This document shows, one piece after another, positions 10,243 through 18,788 of a stretch of 64,000 nt of DNA; within the stretch, counting starts at the first letter, position 1, and each line of letters opens with the position of its first letter. The notes below the pieces were generated by a model. The model was not told where the DNA came from. It did no database searches and saw only the letters and a program-made list of their open reading frames with translations. The stretch spans positions 288,001 to 352,000 of the forward strand of contig CANJVR010000002.1 in NCBI GenBank assembly GCA_947478395.1, given 5' to 3'. The position numbers and the translations under genes were made by a program. Source of the DNA: Opitutia bacterium (GTDB lineage: Bacteria; Verrucomicrobiota; Verrucomicrobiia; Opitutales; Opitutaceae).

Positions 10243-12351
10243 CTAAGAGTCCTGGGGATCTTCCAGCGTATCATCTTTGCTTTGTTTGGTGAGGATAACT
10301 CGTTGATTTCGACTGCCAGGGGTCATTTGCAACGATGCCCCCTCCGGAGATTTTTTCGCGTAGGATGAAATCAAACGCTTAACTCGCAATTTGCCCTCGT
10401 TCAATTCGTGCTCGCTGAAGCGCTTCAAGGCTTCATTTGCGGATGTGGCCTGTAGCAAAACCGAAAGGGCTAATTCCTCGGAGGGAGAGAAAAATTTGTT
10501 TAAAATTGCTCGAACCTCGAGCGCGGCTTCTTCGAGTTGAGAGCTGGTGATCGGGTTTTCGGTATGCGTAGCCCAATCGAGGTCTATAGTTCTCGATTCG
10601 TCATCGCCTTCCTTGGTCACGGAGAGGCTTTGAGTTTGAGAAAAAAGCAGTAGATCTGCGACCTGCGCAGCAGAAAGAGAGTGTTTCCCGCTGCCTCCAT
10701 ACAGCAGATTATAGCGTTCGGCGATATCAACGTAGTAATTCGGGTCGGAACACAAAAGCTCACTTTCCGTTGAAAGATGATAAACTCGCGGTTGAGCAGT
10801 GGTAAGATCTGCGCTCAATTTTATAGCTTGGCGCTCTTGATGCGGCTTTCGCCGCAACTCCATGTTTATTCGATTGAAAGCGTAGGTGGAGAAATAATTA
10901 CCTGATGTGTAATTAAAACTTGCGATGGTCTTTAACATTTCCTCCTTCACCATTGAACTTACATTTTCTTTGTCGTGCGATGAGTAGGATGCGTTCTTGC
11001 TATAAAAACTTCCTGTGATCGCGCCACATAAGCCGCGATTATGCGAGTAGAGTATGTTAAGGAAACTGTGGATTTCCTCCGCTTTCTTCCCGAAATTATT
11101 GGAAAGAATACGAGCTTCCTCGATTGTTTTGCCGTTCAGGAAATTCAACGCATCATCACGCCTAAGGATCGCGGGCAAAGCGCGCACCCAGCCCACAAGT
11201 TTTAGCGCATTGATGTGTTTGAAGGCGAGGCCGCCGGCTTTGTTCTTTGCGGCTGTAATGCATCCCGCGAGGATCGCCGGGTCACGCGCGTGATTCTCCC
11301 GCGCAGAAACCTCTTTAAACGAATGAATTATGTGCGTTAAAGCCTGGTGAATCGCGCCGCATTCAGCGTGAGTAAACTCGAAGCGGCGGCCATCGGGAAG
11401 GCTCTCCGCTGCTTTTGACGTCGAAGTCTCTTTCGACCAAAACAGCATCGGAAACTCGGCCATGACGAGCTCGCCAAACAGAGATTCCTGCAATCGGCCA
11501 AAGTGCCGGTGGGTTTGATGGAGCAGTTCCGGCGTTATTTTTTTCAGAACATAATCATAAACGAAATCAGCGTTTTTTTGTTTTGATAATGGGACTGCTG
11601 TTACCAGATTCGAAGCGATAAAATTAGCGCGATCTTTGAGTTGTTCGCGCCCTTCGGCCTTTAAGGTCAGCTCACCAGAAAGACTAAAGAGTTGGCTCGT
11701 TTTGACTTCAGTTGAAGTTTCTTCGCGGCTCGGGTCTGGTATAATCTTGGTGAAGTCTTCAACTTTTTGTAAGATGGAATCCGAAAAATAAGAAACGACC
11801 CGAACTGAGTAATTCGCCGTGTTATCACGCTGCTTAGATTTGGACCAGTCGATAAATCTGACCGCTGTGTTGACGGATTGTAGGGGCTGGAAGATGGGCA
11901 GATGGTCCCACCAGGCCTCATTTTTTCTGCGAGATATCGCGCCGTACCAAAATAGCGCGAACGCGTGTAAGTCCCTGAGTGAGCCGGCGGTAAAATGTTC
12001 ACACAGGAATTGGGCGCCGTCTAAGATTGGTTTCGACGGGTCTGCTCTGTCAGAACTTAGCCTCTGGTTATATAATCTGATTAATTTATCGCGGGCCGAA
12101 TTGTAGCTCATTTTCCCGGACGCGCCCTCGCGAAATACCGGGACCCAAGATTTGGATGTTGCTGGTAAAGGCGCAAACCACGGAGCGAGGGGCCAGTTTA
12201 GTGCATGGGCGAGGATCTGCCAAGTGGGTGGTTGTTTGGCCAACTGCCACGCCTCCTCCTCAAGAATCCTTGAGATGTGGAGTAAATCACTAGACAGTAA
12301 ACGTTTGTCTGCGAATGAAAGCGGCTTTTTATCTGAGGTGATGCACGCCAT
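10243..12351 (-). CDS. Highly divergent sigma-70-family-like protein with ~430-aa unknown N-terminal region
   Basis: C-terminal part colinear with RpoD regions 2-3: LYSHNRGLC...MLKTIASFNYTSGNYFSTYAFNRINMELRR...QAIKLS...VDIAERY...QSLSVTKEGDDES. Confidence 0.65.
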   Translation of the reverse strand: MACITSDKKPLSFADKRLLSSDLLHISRILEEEAWQLAKQPPTWQILAHALNWPLAPWFAPLPATSKSWVPVFREGASGKMSYNSARDKLIRLYNQRLSSDRADPSKPILDGAQFLCEHFTAGSLRDLHAFALFWYGAISRRKNEAWWDHLPIFQPLQSVNTAVRFIDWSKSKQRDNTANYSVRVVSYFSDSILQKVEDFTKIIPDPSREETSTEVKTSQLFSLSGELTLKAEGREQLKDRANFIASNLVTAVPLSKQKNADFVYDYVLKKITPELLHQTHRHFGRLQESLFGELVMAEFPMLFWSKETSTSKAAESLPDGRRFEFTHAECGAIHQALTHIIHSFKEVSARENHARDPAILAGCITAAKNKAGGLAFKHINALKLVGWVRALPAILRRDDALNFLNGKTIEEARILSNNFGKKAEEIHSFLNILYSHNRGLCGAITGSFYSKNASYSSHDKENVSSMVKEEMLKTIASFNYTSGNYFSTYAFNRINMELRRKPHQERQAIKLSADLTTAQPRVYHLSTESELLCSDPNYYVDIAERYNLLYGGSGKHSLSAAQVADLLLFSQTQSLSVTKEGDDESRTIDLDWATHTENPITSSQLEEAALEVRAILNKFFSPSEELALSVLLQATSANEALKRFSEHELNEGKLRVKRLISSYAKKSPEGASLQMTPGSRNQRVILTKQSKDDTLEDPQDS

Positions 12352-12507
12352 TTCGGTAGAATATGGCGCGAAACGTTCGCGATAAACTTAGTTTTTACAA
12401 GATATTTACGAGAAGTTTTTACAAGTTAATAAGTCGATGTATAACAAGGAGCTTCCGTATTAATCGAAATTAGGCCTATAATTAACGAACAATTCCTTAA
12501 TTAAAAA

Positions 12508-14172
12508 ATGAAACTGGAATATACCAGCTCAGGCCTTGCAAAGTATTCAATCCTGCCGCCCAACAATCCGGAGCGGCGCGATTGGCTAATTTTTTCGGAA
12601 GCGTTACACCTCGATCAACCGGAAAAGCCAGCGGACGGTGCGACATCGGCCCAAGCGGCAGATCATATGCGCGCTCTCCTTTTCAAATGCCTAAAATCCA
12701 GGGAAAGCTTCGACGCGATTATCTTAAAATGTGCAGGCGGCGCTATTTCACGGCGAACCAACGAGGATACCGCGGCCAAACCCAAATTTACGGAAGTGAT
12801 GTCGTTCGTTAGGACGCGGCTTTGGAATTGCGACTTCGATGGCAGCAAAACCGTAAGTAGCGTCGGGCGCGGACACTCCTCGAACGATATCGTTTTATCG
12901 TGGAATCCGGAGGCGGGTGGTATTGGGCACTATATTGCGGTTAATGTCTCGAAGATCCTTAATCGCGATTGGAAAGCGGCGACGATGGAGCTATCAGACG
13001 CCCAGCAGCTTTCGGGGGATTTTCCGGAGCGAAAACAGGGCCATCTCGATTCAACGGGCAGAATTTCAGGACCGGCCGCGGCGCAGCCAGAGAATGATGC
13101 GCCAGATTACGTCGAGGGTGACTCGGTCCTAGAAAAAGCCCCGCAAAATTTTTCGGTCACAAGTAAGGGCCAGGCATCGGATGGGGAGAACGGCCTAGAG
13201 CGGCTGCAAGCCACCAGCTTAGAACAGAGCACTGAGAAAGACAAAATTCCTGGGATTCGGCCCCACGAAGGACCTCCAGTTACTGAGTTGAGGCGGGAGT
13301 TTGATACCGCGCTAATAGCTTCCCGGATTTCTACGCCCCAATCGGAAGTGTTACGCAGTCCTCAGCATCCCGATTTCAGGGTATTTGCTGCGGCGCTTAT
13401 TGAGGATGTGACAGAGCCTGAGCTCGACGAGCCCGGTAGAACAGCCCAGCTGCGCGATTTGGCCGGTAGGGTACTGGCCATGCACTGTGCTGATCTCGAT
13501 GATTACGAAGGGTCGCGGGAAGCCCTGCTTGAGTGGCGTCCTGCCGAGGTGCCTTTCGCGCGATATTTCCCCGAGGTATGCCTCCAAGTGGCTGACTCGC
13601 TCAACCGCGTCGAGGTGCAGAAGGTGCGCGATCAACCGCTGCAGCTTGAGTTCGCGGCTGAGTTTCTAATTATCGGTAGCGAGATAACCCGTCAGTCGAA
13701 AAATCTAAATCCTCGTCCTCAGGGGATGTCGGCAGACGAATGGGCTGAAATCACAGATAAGGCCAAAAACTGGTTGGAGCGTGAATGCACTTCGAGCGAG
13801 GAATTGTTGAGTGCAGATCGACCCGATTATATTGCGTTGTGCCACCTCACCGGCAGGCTGATTGATCGTAAGATTGAGCCAGAAGTTATGGGGGAAAGGC
13901 TCAGGACGATGTATAGGGAGTGGACGGACGATCGCTTTTATGCCGCTTGGAGTAGGGCTGATCCGGTATTCAGCGCGTCGCCTGCTTGGTCGGAAAACCG
14001 TGAAAGCATAAACGAAATGAATAAGAGCATGGAAACGTGGGAACCGCTGAAGGACGGTTTTGCCGGTGAAACCATGAAGCGCCACTTGCATCAGGCGCGG
14101 TTAGAAATTGAATCGAGGGAAGAGATTGCGCGCCATGCCCGAAACGAGCCAACGGGTAAATCTCGAGGCTAG
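12508..14172 (+). CDS. Hypothetical protein (554 aa)
   Basis: Long ORF divergent from the sigma-like gene after an AT-rich intergenic region; no clear family. Confidence 0.7.
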   Translation: MKLEYTSSGLAKYSILPPNNPERRDWLIFSEALHLDQPEKPADGATSAQAADHMRALLFKCLKSRESFDAIILKCAGGAISRRTNEDTAAKPKFTEVMSFVRTRLWNCDFDGSKTVSSVGRGHSSNDIVLSWNPEAGGIGHYIAVNVSKILNRDWKAATMELSDAQQLSGDFPERKQGHLDSTGRISGPAAAQPENDAPDYVEGDSVLEKAPQNFSVTSKGQASDGENGLERLQATSLEQSTEKDKIPGIRPHEGPPVTELRREFDTALIASRISTPQSEVLRSPQHPDFRVFAAALIEDVTEPELDEPGRTAQLRDLAGRVLAMHCADLDDYEGSREALLEWRPAEVPFARYFPEVCLQVADSLNRVEVQKVRDQPLQLEFAAEFLIIGSEITRQSKNLNPRPQGMSADEWAEITDKAKNWLERECTSSEELLSADRPDYIALCHLTGRLIDRKIEPEVMGERLRTMYREWTDDRFYAAWSRADPVFSASPAWSENRESINEMNKSMETWEPLKDGFAGETMKRHLHQARLEIESREEIARHARNEPTGKSRG

Positions 14173-14329
14173 GCTGGTGAAAGGAACCGGACATGTTGCT
14201 CTCAGGCCCACCAGCGTATGTTCCGTACCCCTTAAGTCCTGAAACGACTTATGCACAGACTTGTGGTTCGGCCCCGTTCTTGCACACAGTGCGCCTGCCA
14301 AGCTGCATAAAGCTAAGGATTTTCACCCA

Positions 14330-15256
14330 ATGAACGGTTTAGCCTTTGAGCATTATGTCGATCAACCTTGGTTGTTATTTCAACTGGGGCACACGGAACT
14401 GCTCCAAACGAAACTCAGGAACAGTGTCGAAGAAGCCATCGATGCGCGGCGCCAAATTGACGATCTTACGGTCGCCCGGTTGCGGTGGTATCCCTCACTT
14501 GTCGGAGGGTTGATTATGGAGGGACTCATCACAGCCCCAGATATCGAGCGAATCCTAAATAATCCGGTTTCCCGATTTTACGCCCTGGCCAGTCATTATG
14601 AAGCTTTGGCTCCAGTTCTAGAATCGAAGCTCCTGGTTGATCCTGAAGGGGTCGAACGTATGGTGCGGTGGTTACGGTACAAAAAATACAAACCCTTTCG
14701 CGATGAGCGGGAGTACATGGCTATGTTGGGTGACGATCCGAATCGTCAGTATCGACTCACGCCGCCGGCGGAAAGAATAAGTCCAGAGCAGGTCAAGGCT
14801 GAGGCGGAAAAAAGGAAGTATCAGTCCGCGGCCTGGGCTTACCTTTTTGTGAGTAGCAGCCAAGATCCGCTCCTGGATTCCTCGCTTCTTTCCGTGCTAA
14901 AAAGCAACGAGGAATATGCCTATTTGAGCGCCTATATCCTGCGCCGGAGAAATCTAGAAATGTCACGTTGGGTGGAGTTAGTTTCGGAAATCAGGAATCC
15001 TCGCTGGGCTTTCCATGTGATGCGCGACATTGAACCCGGCGGAGCTATGCCTATTGGCATCCGGTCCCGTTTGCTTCGTTGCGTGCATACGTCGCCCCCG
15101 TGGGCCGTCCAACTGTGGGTAAGTCGCGGTTGGCGCGGTGAGCACCTTGGGTTAGTTTCCTGCGAATGCGGTCTGCTTTCAGCCGGGCACGAATGCGAAA
15201 TTGAGCTCAGCGCGTGGTTGCGGTTAGCAAAATTAAACGCCGGCCGAAAATCCTAG
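14330..15256 (+). CDS. Hypothetical alpha-helical repeat protein
   Basis: ORF with recurring xx(W/Y)A(Y/F/V) units: SAAWAYLF, EEYAYLSA, NPRWAFHV, SPPWAVQL; ATG at 14330 preferred. Confidence 0.65.
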   Translation: MNGLAFEHYVDQPWLLFQLGHTELLQTKLRNSVEEAIDARRQIDDLTVARLRWYPSLVGGLIMEGLITAPDIERILNNPVSRFYALASHYEALAPVLESKLLVDPEGVERMVRWLRYKKYKPFRDEREYMAMLGDDPNRQYRLTPPAERISPEQVKAEAEKRKYQSAAWAYLFVSSSQDPLLDSSLLSVLKSNEEYAYLSAYILRRRNLEMSRWVELVSEIRNPRWAFHVMRDIEPGGAMPIGIRSRLLRCVHTSPPWAVQLWVSRGWRGEHLGLVSCECGLLSAGHECEIELSAWLRLAKLNAGRKS

Positions 15257-15392
15257 AAGCGGAAGCTGGCCAGGCACAGATCTGACTCGTCATAATTTGG
15301 TCGAAAAAGACCGAACGTTTTAGAATTCTTGCTGGCATTCGAAATCCCGATAAGCGTTATATATTGCTCCCTAAAATTAACTCGCGCGCCAC

Positions 15393-16175
15393 ATGATGTT
15401 CCGACCCAAAATAATATTGGCTCGAGGACTTCCGGGCTCTGGTAGGACCAATGCGATCAACGATTTGCGGAAATATTACCCCGGGATGGTTTATGTTGAT
15501 GCTGATCCTCCGGAACAAGGGGAGGACTTCTCGGATCCTGAAAAGCACGAACAAGCCCTAAGCCAAGCTACTGCGGATATTGAGCTGTTTGTGGAGCACG
15601 GCATCAAGGTCATCGCCGTTGAAACCTCGACGCCATCAAGCCAGAATGTGCGAAAACTGATTTCCCCGGCGCTGGCTGCAAATTACGCGCTAGAAATCAC
15701 GGATTTTGCCATAAACGAGCCTTTCGAGGTGATGAGCTATGTTAGGAATAGCAGCCACAAGCCAGATCCAGGATTTCTTTATGGCCTCGTGGCTAAGTGG
15801 GAAGAGTTTGATTTGGCGGTAAGCACTCCGACCAGAGAAAACGAGAGAGCACGGGAAAGACTCAGAAGAAAGGAAGCGTGGTCGGTATATGCTCAAGCTT
15901 TAGCTGCGGTTACGGAAGATGAGGCTAGAGTTTTACTGAAGCGTGTTTTTGACGAATACCCTGACGAAGCTGAGGCTTTGATGCTGATTGCGGGTCCCCA
16001 GTGGGGGCGTTTGAATTTAATTACCGAGCCTCCTGCATTCCCATGGGCGCGAGTCAGTCCCTATTGGAAAGACGTGGAAAACGAGTCGGCCGGGATTGTT
16101 TCAGACAAAGGATATGGCCGGCCTAAAAAGCCGCGTCCAACTCAAGTTTCGCCGGAGCAGAGGCAGGAGCTTTGA
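15393..16175 (+). CDS. P-loop nucleotide/polynucleotide-kinase-like protein (AAA_33-like), Walker A K->R
   Basis: IILARGLPGSGRT at the N-terminus followed by YVDAD and VIAVETS. Confidence 0.6.
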   Translation: MMFRPKIILARGLPGSGRTNAINDLRKYYPGMVYVDADPPEQGEDFSDPEKHEQALSQATADIELFVEHGIKVIAVETSTPSSQNVRKLISPALAANYALEITDFAINEPFEVMSYVRNSSHKPDPGFLYGLVAKWEEFDLAVSTPTRENERARERLRRKEAWSVYAQALAAVTEDEARVLLKRVFDEYPDEAEALMLIAGPQWGRLNLITEPPAFPWARVSPYWKDVENESAGIVSDKGYGRPKKPRPTQVSPEQRQEL

Positions 16176-16238
16176 TTTGGAAGAGGTGACAGCAGCAGAG
16201 AAATCAGTAACCGCATCCCGTGAGATGGCACCGATTCA

Positions 16239-16607
16239 TCAAACGTAGCGAAACTCAATCCGCGCCATAATAGAATCTAAGGTGGCCGCTTTGTGCCGCG
16301 CGAAAATTTGAGCCACTCGGGCTGACGGCGAAATGATACTCGAGATACCCTCGAGTCGTAGTTCGCGCTGACCGTACTCAATATCGTCGATAATCGCGCG
16401 TAATGGCTCGGGTTTCACTGATATAACTTCCAGCGTGCCCAACAAGGGGACTTTAATTGGGCAAATAAGCATCCAATCAGAGGACACGGCCTCGATTATG
16501 GTACCTGGATTGATGGGGAGATATTTGCTGCCAAAGCGGCGCGTCACCGTTTGCTGACGTTCTCGGATGGCGTGAGCAGTTTCTGAAAACACTAAACGCA
16601 TCGTCAT
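16239..16607 (-). CDS. ASCH-domain-like protein
   Basis: MRLVFSETAHAIRERQQTVTRR...LEVISVKPEPLRAI...ELRLEG...RIEFRY matches the ASCH layout. Confidence 0.65.
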   Translation of the reverse strand: MTMRLVFSETAHAIRERQQTVTRRFGSKYLPINPGTIIEAVSSDWMLICPIKVPLLGTLEVISVKPEPLRAIIDDIEYGQRELRLEGISSIISPSARVAQIFARHKAATLDSIMARIEFRYV

Positions 16608-16619
16608 GATTTTTGGGGT

Positions 16620-18701
16620 TCACAGATGCGTGCTAAGAAACATATCGCGGTGTAATCCTGAGGCGAACGAGCTGAGGGCGGTGATTTCCCGAGAAATGGA
16701 GGAATCTAACACCACATGTTGCTTACGCAGCGTCGATAGATAGGTATCCATCGAATTAAGCTCTTCGATCATGCCTTTGAGGCGGTCGGACAAAATCGCC
16801 GGCTCGCGCCCTTGAGTTTTAAACTCGCCTATAGAATTGAGCTCTCGCGAAAAACCCACGAGCGAAGCTCGTACCTTGCCAAGAGATGCCTCTTTGGGGT
16901 CAAAAATGGGGCGGTCGAAGCTGGGGTCTTCGGGCCATACCCTAGGCAAAAGCCGAGTAAACGAGCTATGCTGCGGCCGTAAAATACGCGGCGTGATGTA
17001 GACCATCATGTTCGAACGGGTCGCTTTGTCGCTGTCCGCGCGAAAAAGTCTCCCGGCGAATGGGATGTCGCCTAGGAAGGGGACCTTCTTGCTTATCCGA
17101 TTAACGGAACTCGAGACTAGCCCGCCGATGGCCAGAGTTTCACTTTCATTGACCTCTGCTGAGAACTCAAAGCGACGTCGGGCGGTGACTGGTACGGGAT
17201 TTCCGTCGATCAATTTTTCGCCGATCAAAGAGGATACGACCAGAGAAACATGGAGGCGGATTATTTTTTTGCCGTCATCGGTTTTCCGCACGATGGGGAA
17301 GATATTAACGATCGTTCCGATATCGAGGCGCTCGACCGACGAGCTGCTTGAAGTGCCTGAAGTCGAGCTGCCGACATTGAAACTGCTTTGCGCGTAGGGC
17401 ACTTGGGTGGTGGCATCGAGGACAGTTTTACGATTGGGCATGCCTAAGACGGATGGATTCTGGACGACTGCGCTCTCACTGTCTTGGGCCGTGAATTTCA
17501 TGGCCGCCGCAAACTGAAACGCGGACAGAATACTGGCTCGAGGAATGGTGAAGCGTTCCGCGGGACCCGAATTTCCGTCAGCGCTTACGTTAATGGCGGT
17601 GTCCCAATTTAACCCGATTTCGCGCTGTGGGTCTCGCGACGATTCAACGAAATATGTGGAGAATTCGATTTGATCGAGGGGTTGATCTACTTTCGCTAAG
17701 TATTGCTGCACCAAGCCGTGGTGAAATTTGCTCGCGAGGACGAACAAGTCGCCGGTTTCAGCGATGTATTTTACTTTGCCGCCGGTAGCCGTTGGGCCGG
17801 CTTTATCCTTATCAGCCCCAATGGAAGCAGGGCCTGGAGCGGTCAGCAGGTCTGCTATATCTTTTTCCAGCGCGGTATAACTGACCTTAAAAGAGCCGTT
17901 GCTGCTCGATCCCGATCCGCCACCACTCGAGTTCGAATTCGATCCGCTGGCGCCTTGTCCACTGCTACCGCTGCTTGTGTTGATGGTGGGCGAACTGATA
18001 TCCACCTCTTCGCGGTTATTATTTTTTATCCGGTAAGTTTTTAACACGAGTGAATCCGGTGCAGCTTTAGAGAAACGCCAAATTCCGTGACCAAATTCGA
18101 GGGACGCTCCGTAGTGGTCTTGGAGGACATCCAGCAAATCGAGGATGTTATAGACTCCGGAGATTGAAACCGTTGCGGATAATGCTTCGGATGACAGCGA
18201 GATGTAACGCATTTGAGCGTGCTCCGCTAAGGCGCGAATGACGTCGCCCAGCGCAGCATTGCGAAATTGCGCTTCGAAGTCACCGCTCTGTCGAATCCGC
18301 GCGCGCTCTTTGGTCAGCGCATCCAGCTCAAGGTCGGAGGACGTCTCAGGGTTGAGCTCAGCGATGACCTTATCCATGGAGTCCTCTGGTTTTTTGTCGG
18401 AAAAAATCGTGTTCCCGCCTCCCGTCACCGAAGGAAGTGATGGGGTTGGCGCAGGTACTTGCTCTTGTTGGATTGGTTTTAAGCTGATGGTGGCCTCCCT
18501 TTCGGCCTTTTCCATCGCGGCTGCACTGATGGAAACCAAAAGCGGCGCCGGGTTGGCTTGGACCGTAGGCGCCGGGCTTATGGCAGTTTCAAGGGGGGGG
18601 ATTTGCGCGCGCTCAGCCGCCGAGGGAGGTGACTCCGCTAAGGCAAAGTTCACAATGCCCGTGCACACTACGACAGATAGTCCCCAAAAAGAGTGCTTCA
18701 T
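16620..18701 (-). CDS. Secretin (PilQ/GspD family)
   Basis: Signal peptide; FRNAALGDVIRALA N-domain; VDQPLDQIEF; NPSVLGMPN; LAIGGL...KVPFLGDIPFAGRLFR...MMVYITPRIL. Confidence 0.93.
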   Translation of the reverse strand: MKHSFWGLSVVVCTGIVNFALAESPPSAAERAQIPPLETAISPAPTVQANPAPLLVSISAAAMEKAEREATISLKPIQQEQVPAPTPSLPSVTGGGNTIFSDKKPEDSMDKVIAELNPETSSDLELDALTKERARIRQSGDFEAQFRNAALGDVIRALAEHAQMRYISLSSEALSATVSISGVYNILDLLDVLQDHYGASLEFGHGIWRFSKAAPDSLVLKTYRIKNNNREEVDISSPTINTSSGSSGQGASGSNSNSSGGGSGSSSNGSFKVSYTALEKDIADLLTAPGPASIGADKDKAGPTATGGKVKYIAETGDLFVLASKFHHGLVQQYLAKVDQPLDQIEFSTYFVESSRDPQREIGLNWDTAINVSADGNSGPAERFTIPRASILSAFQFAAAMKFTAQDSESAVVQNPSVLGMPNRKTVLDATTQVPYAQSSFNVGSSTSGTSSSSSVERLDIGTIVNIFPIVRKTDDGKKIIRLHVSLVVSSLIGEKLIDGNPVPVTARRRFEFSAEVNESETLAIGGLVSSSVNRISKKVPFLGDIPFAGRLFRADSDKATRSNMMVYITPRILRPQHSSFTRLLPRVWPEDPSFDRPIFDPKEASLGKVRASLVGFSRELNSIGEFKTQGREPAILSDRLKGMIEELNSMDTYLSTLRKQHVVLDSSISREITALSSFASGLHRDMFLSTHL

Positions 18702-18788
18702 GGCTCAATTAAGGCGGTTCTGGTTGATGGAATCGTCCCTGTTTTTGTAATTACGATCCAGAGAGCCTTTCTTGAATCGGCTCCTGGC

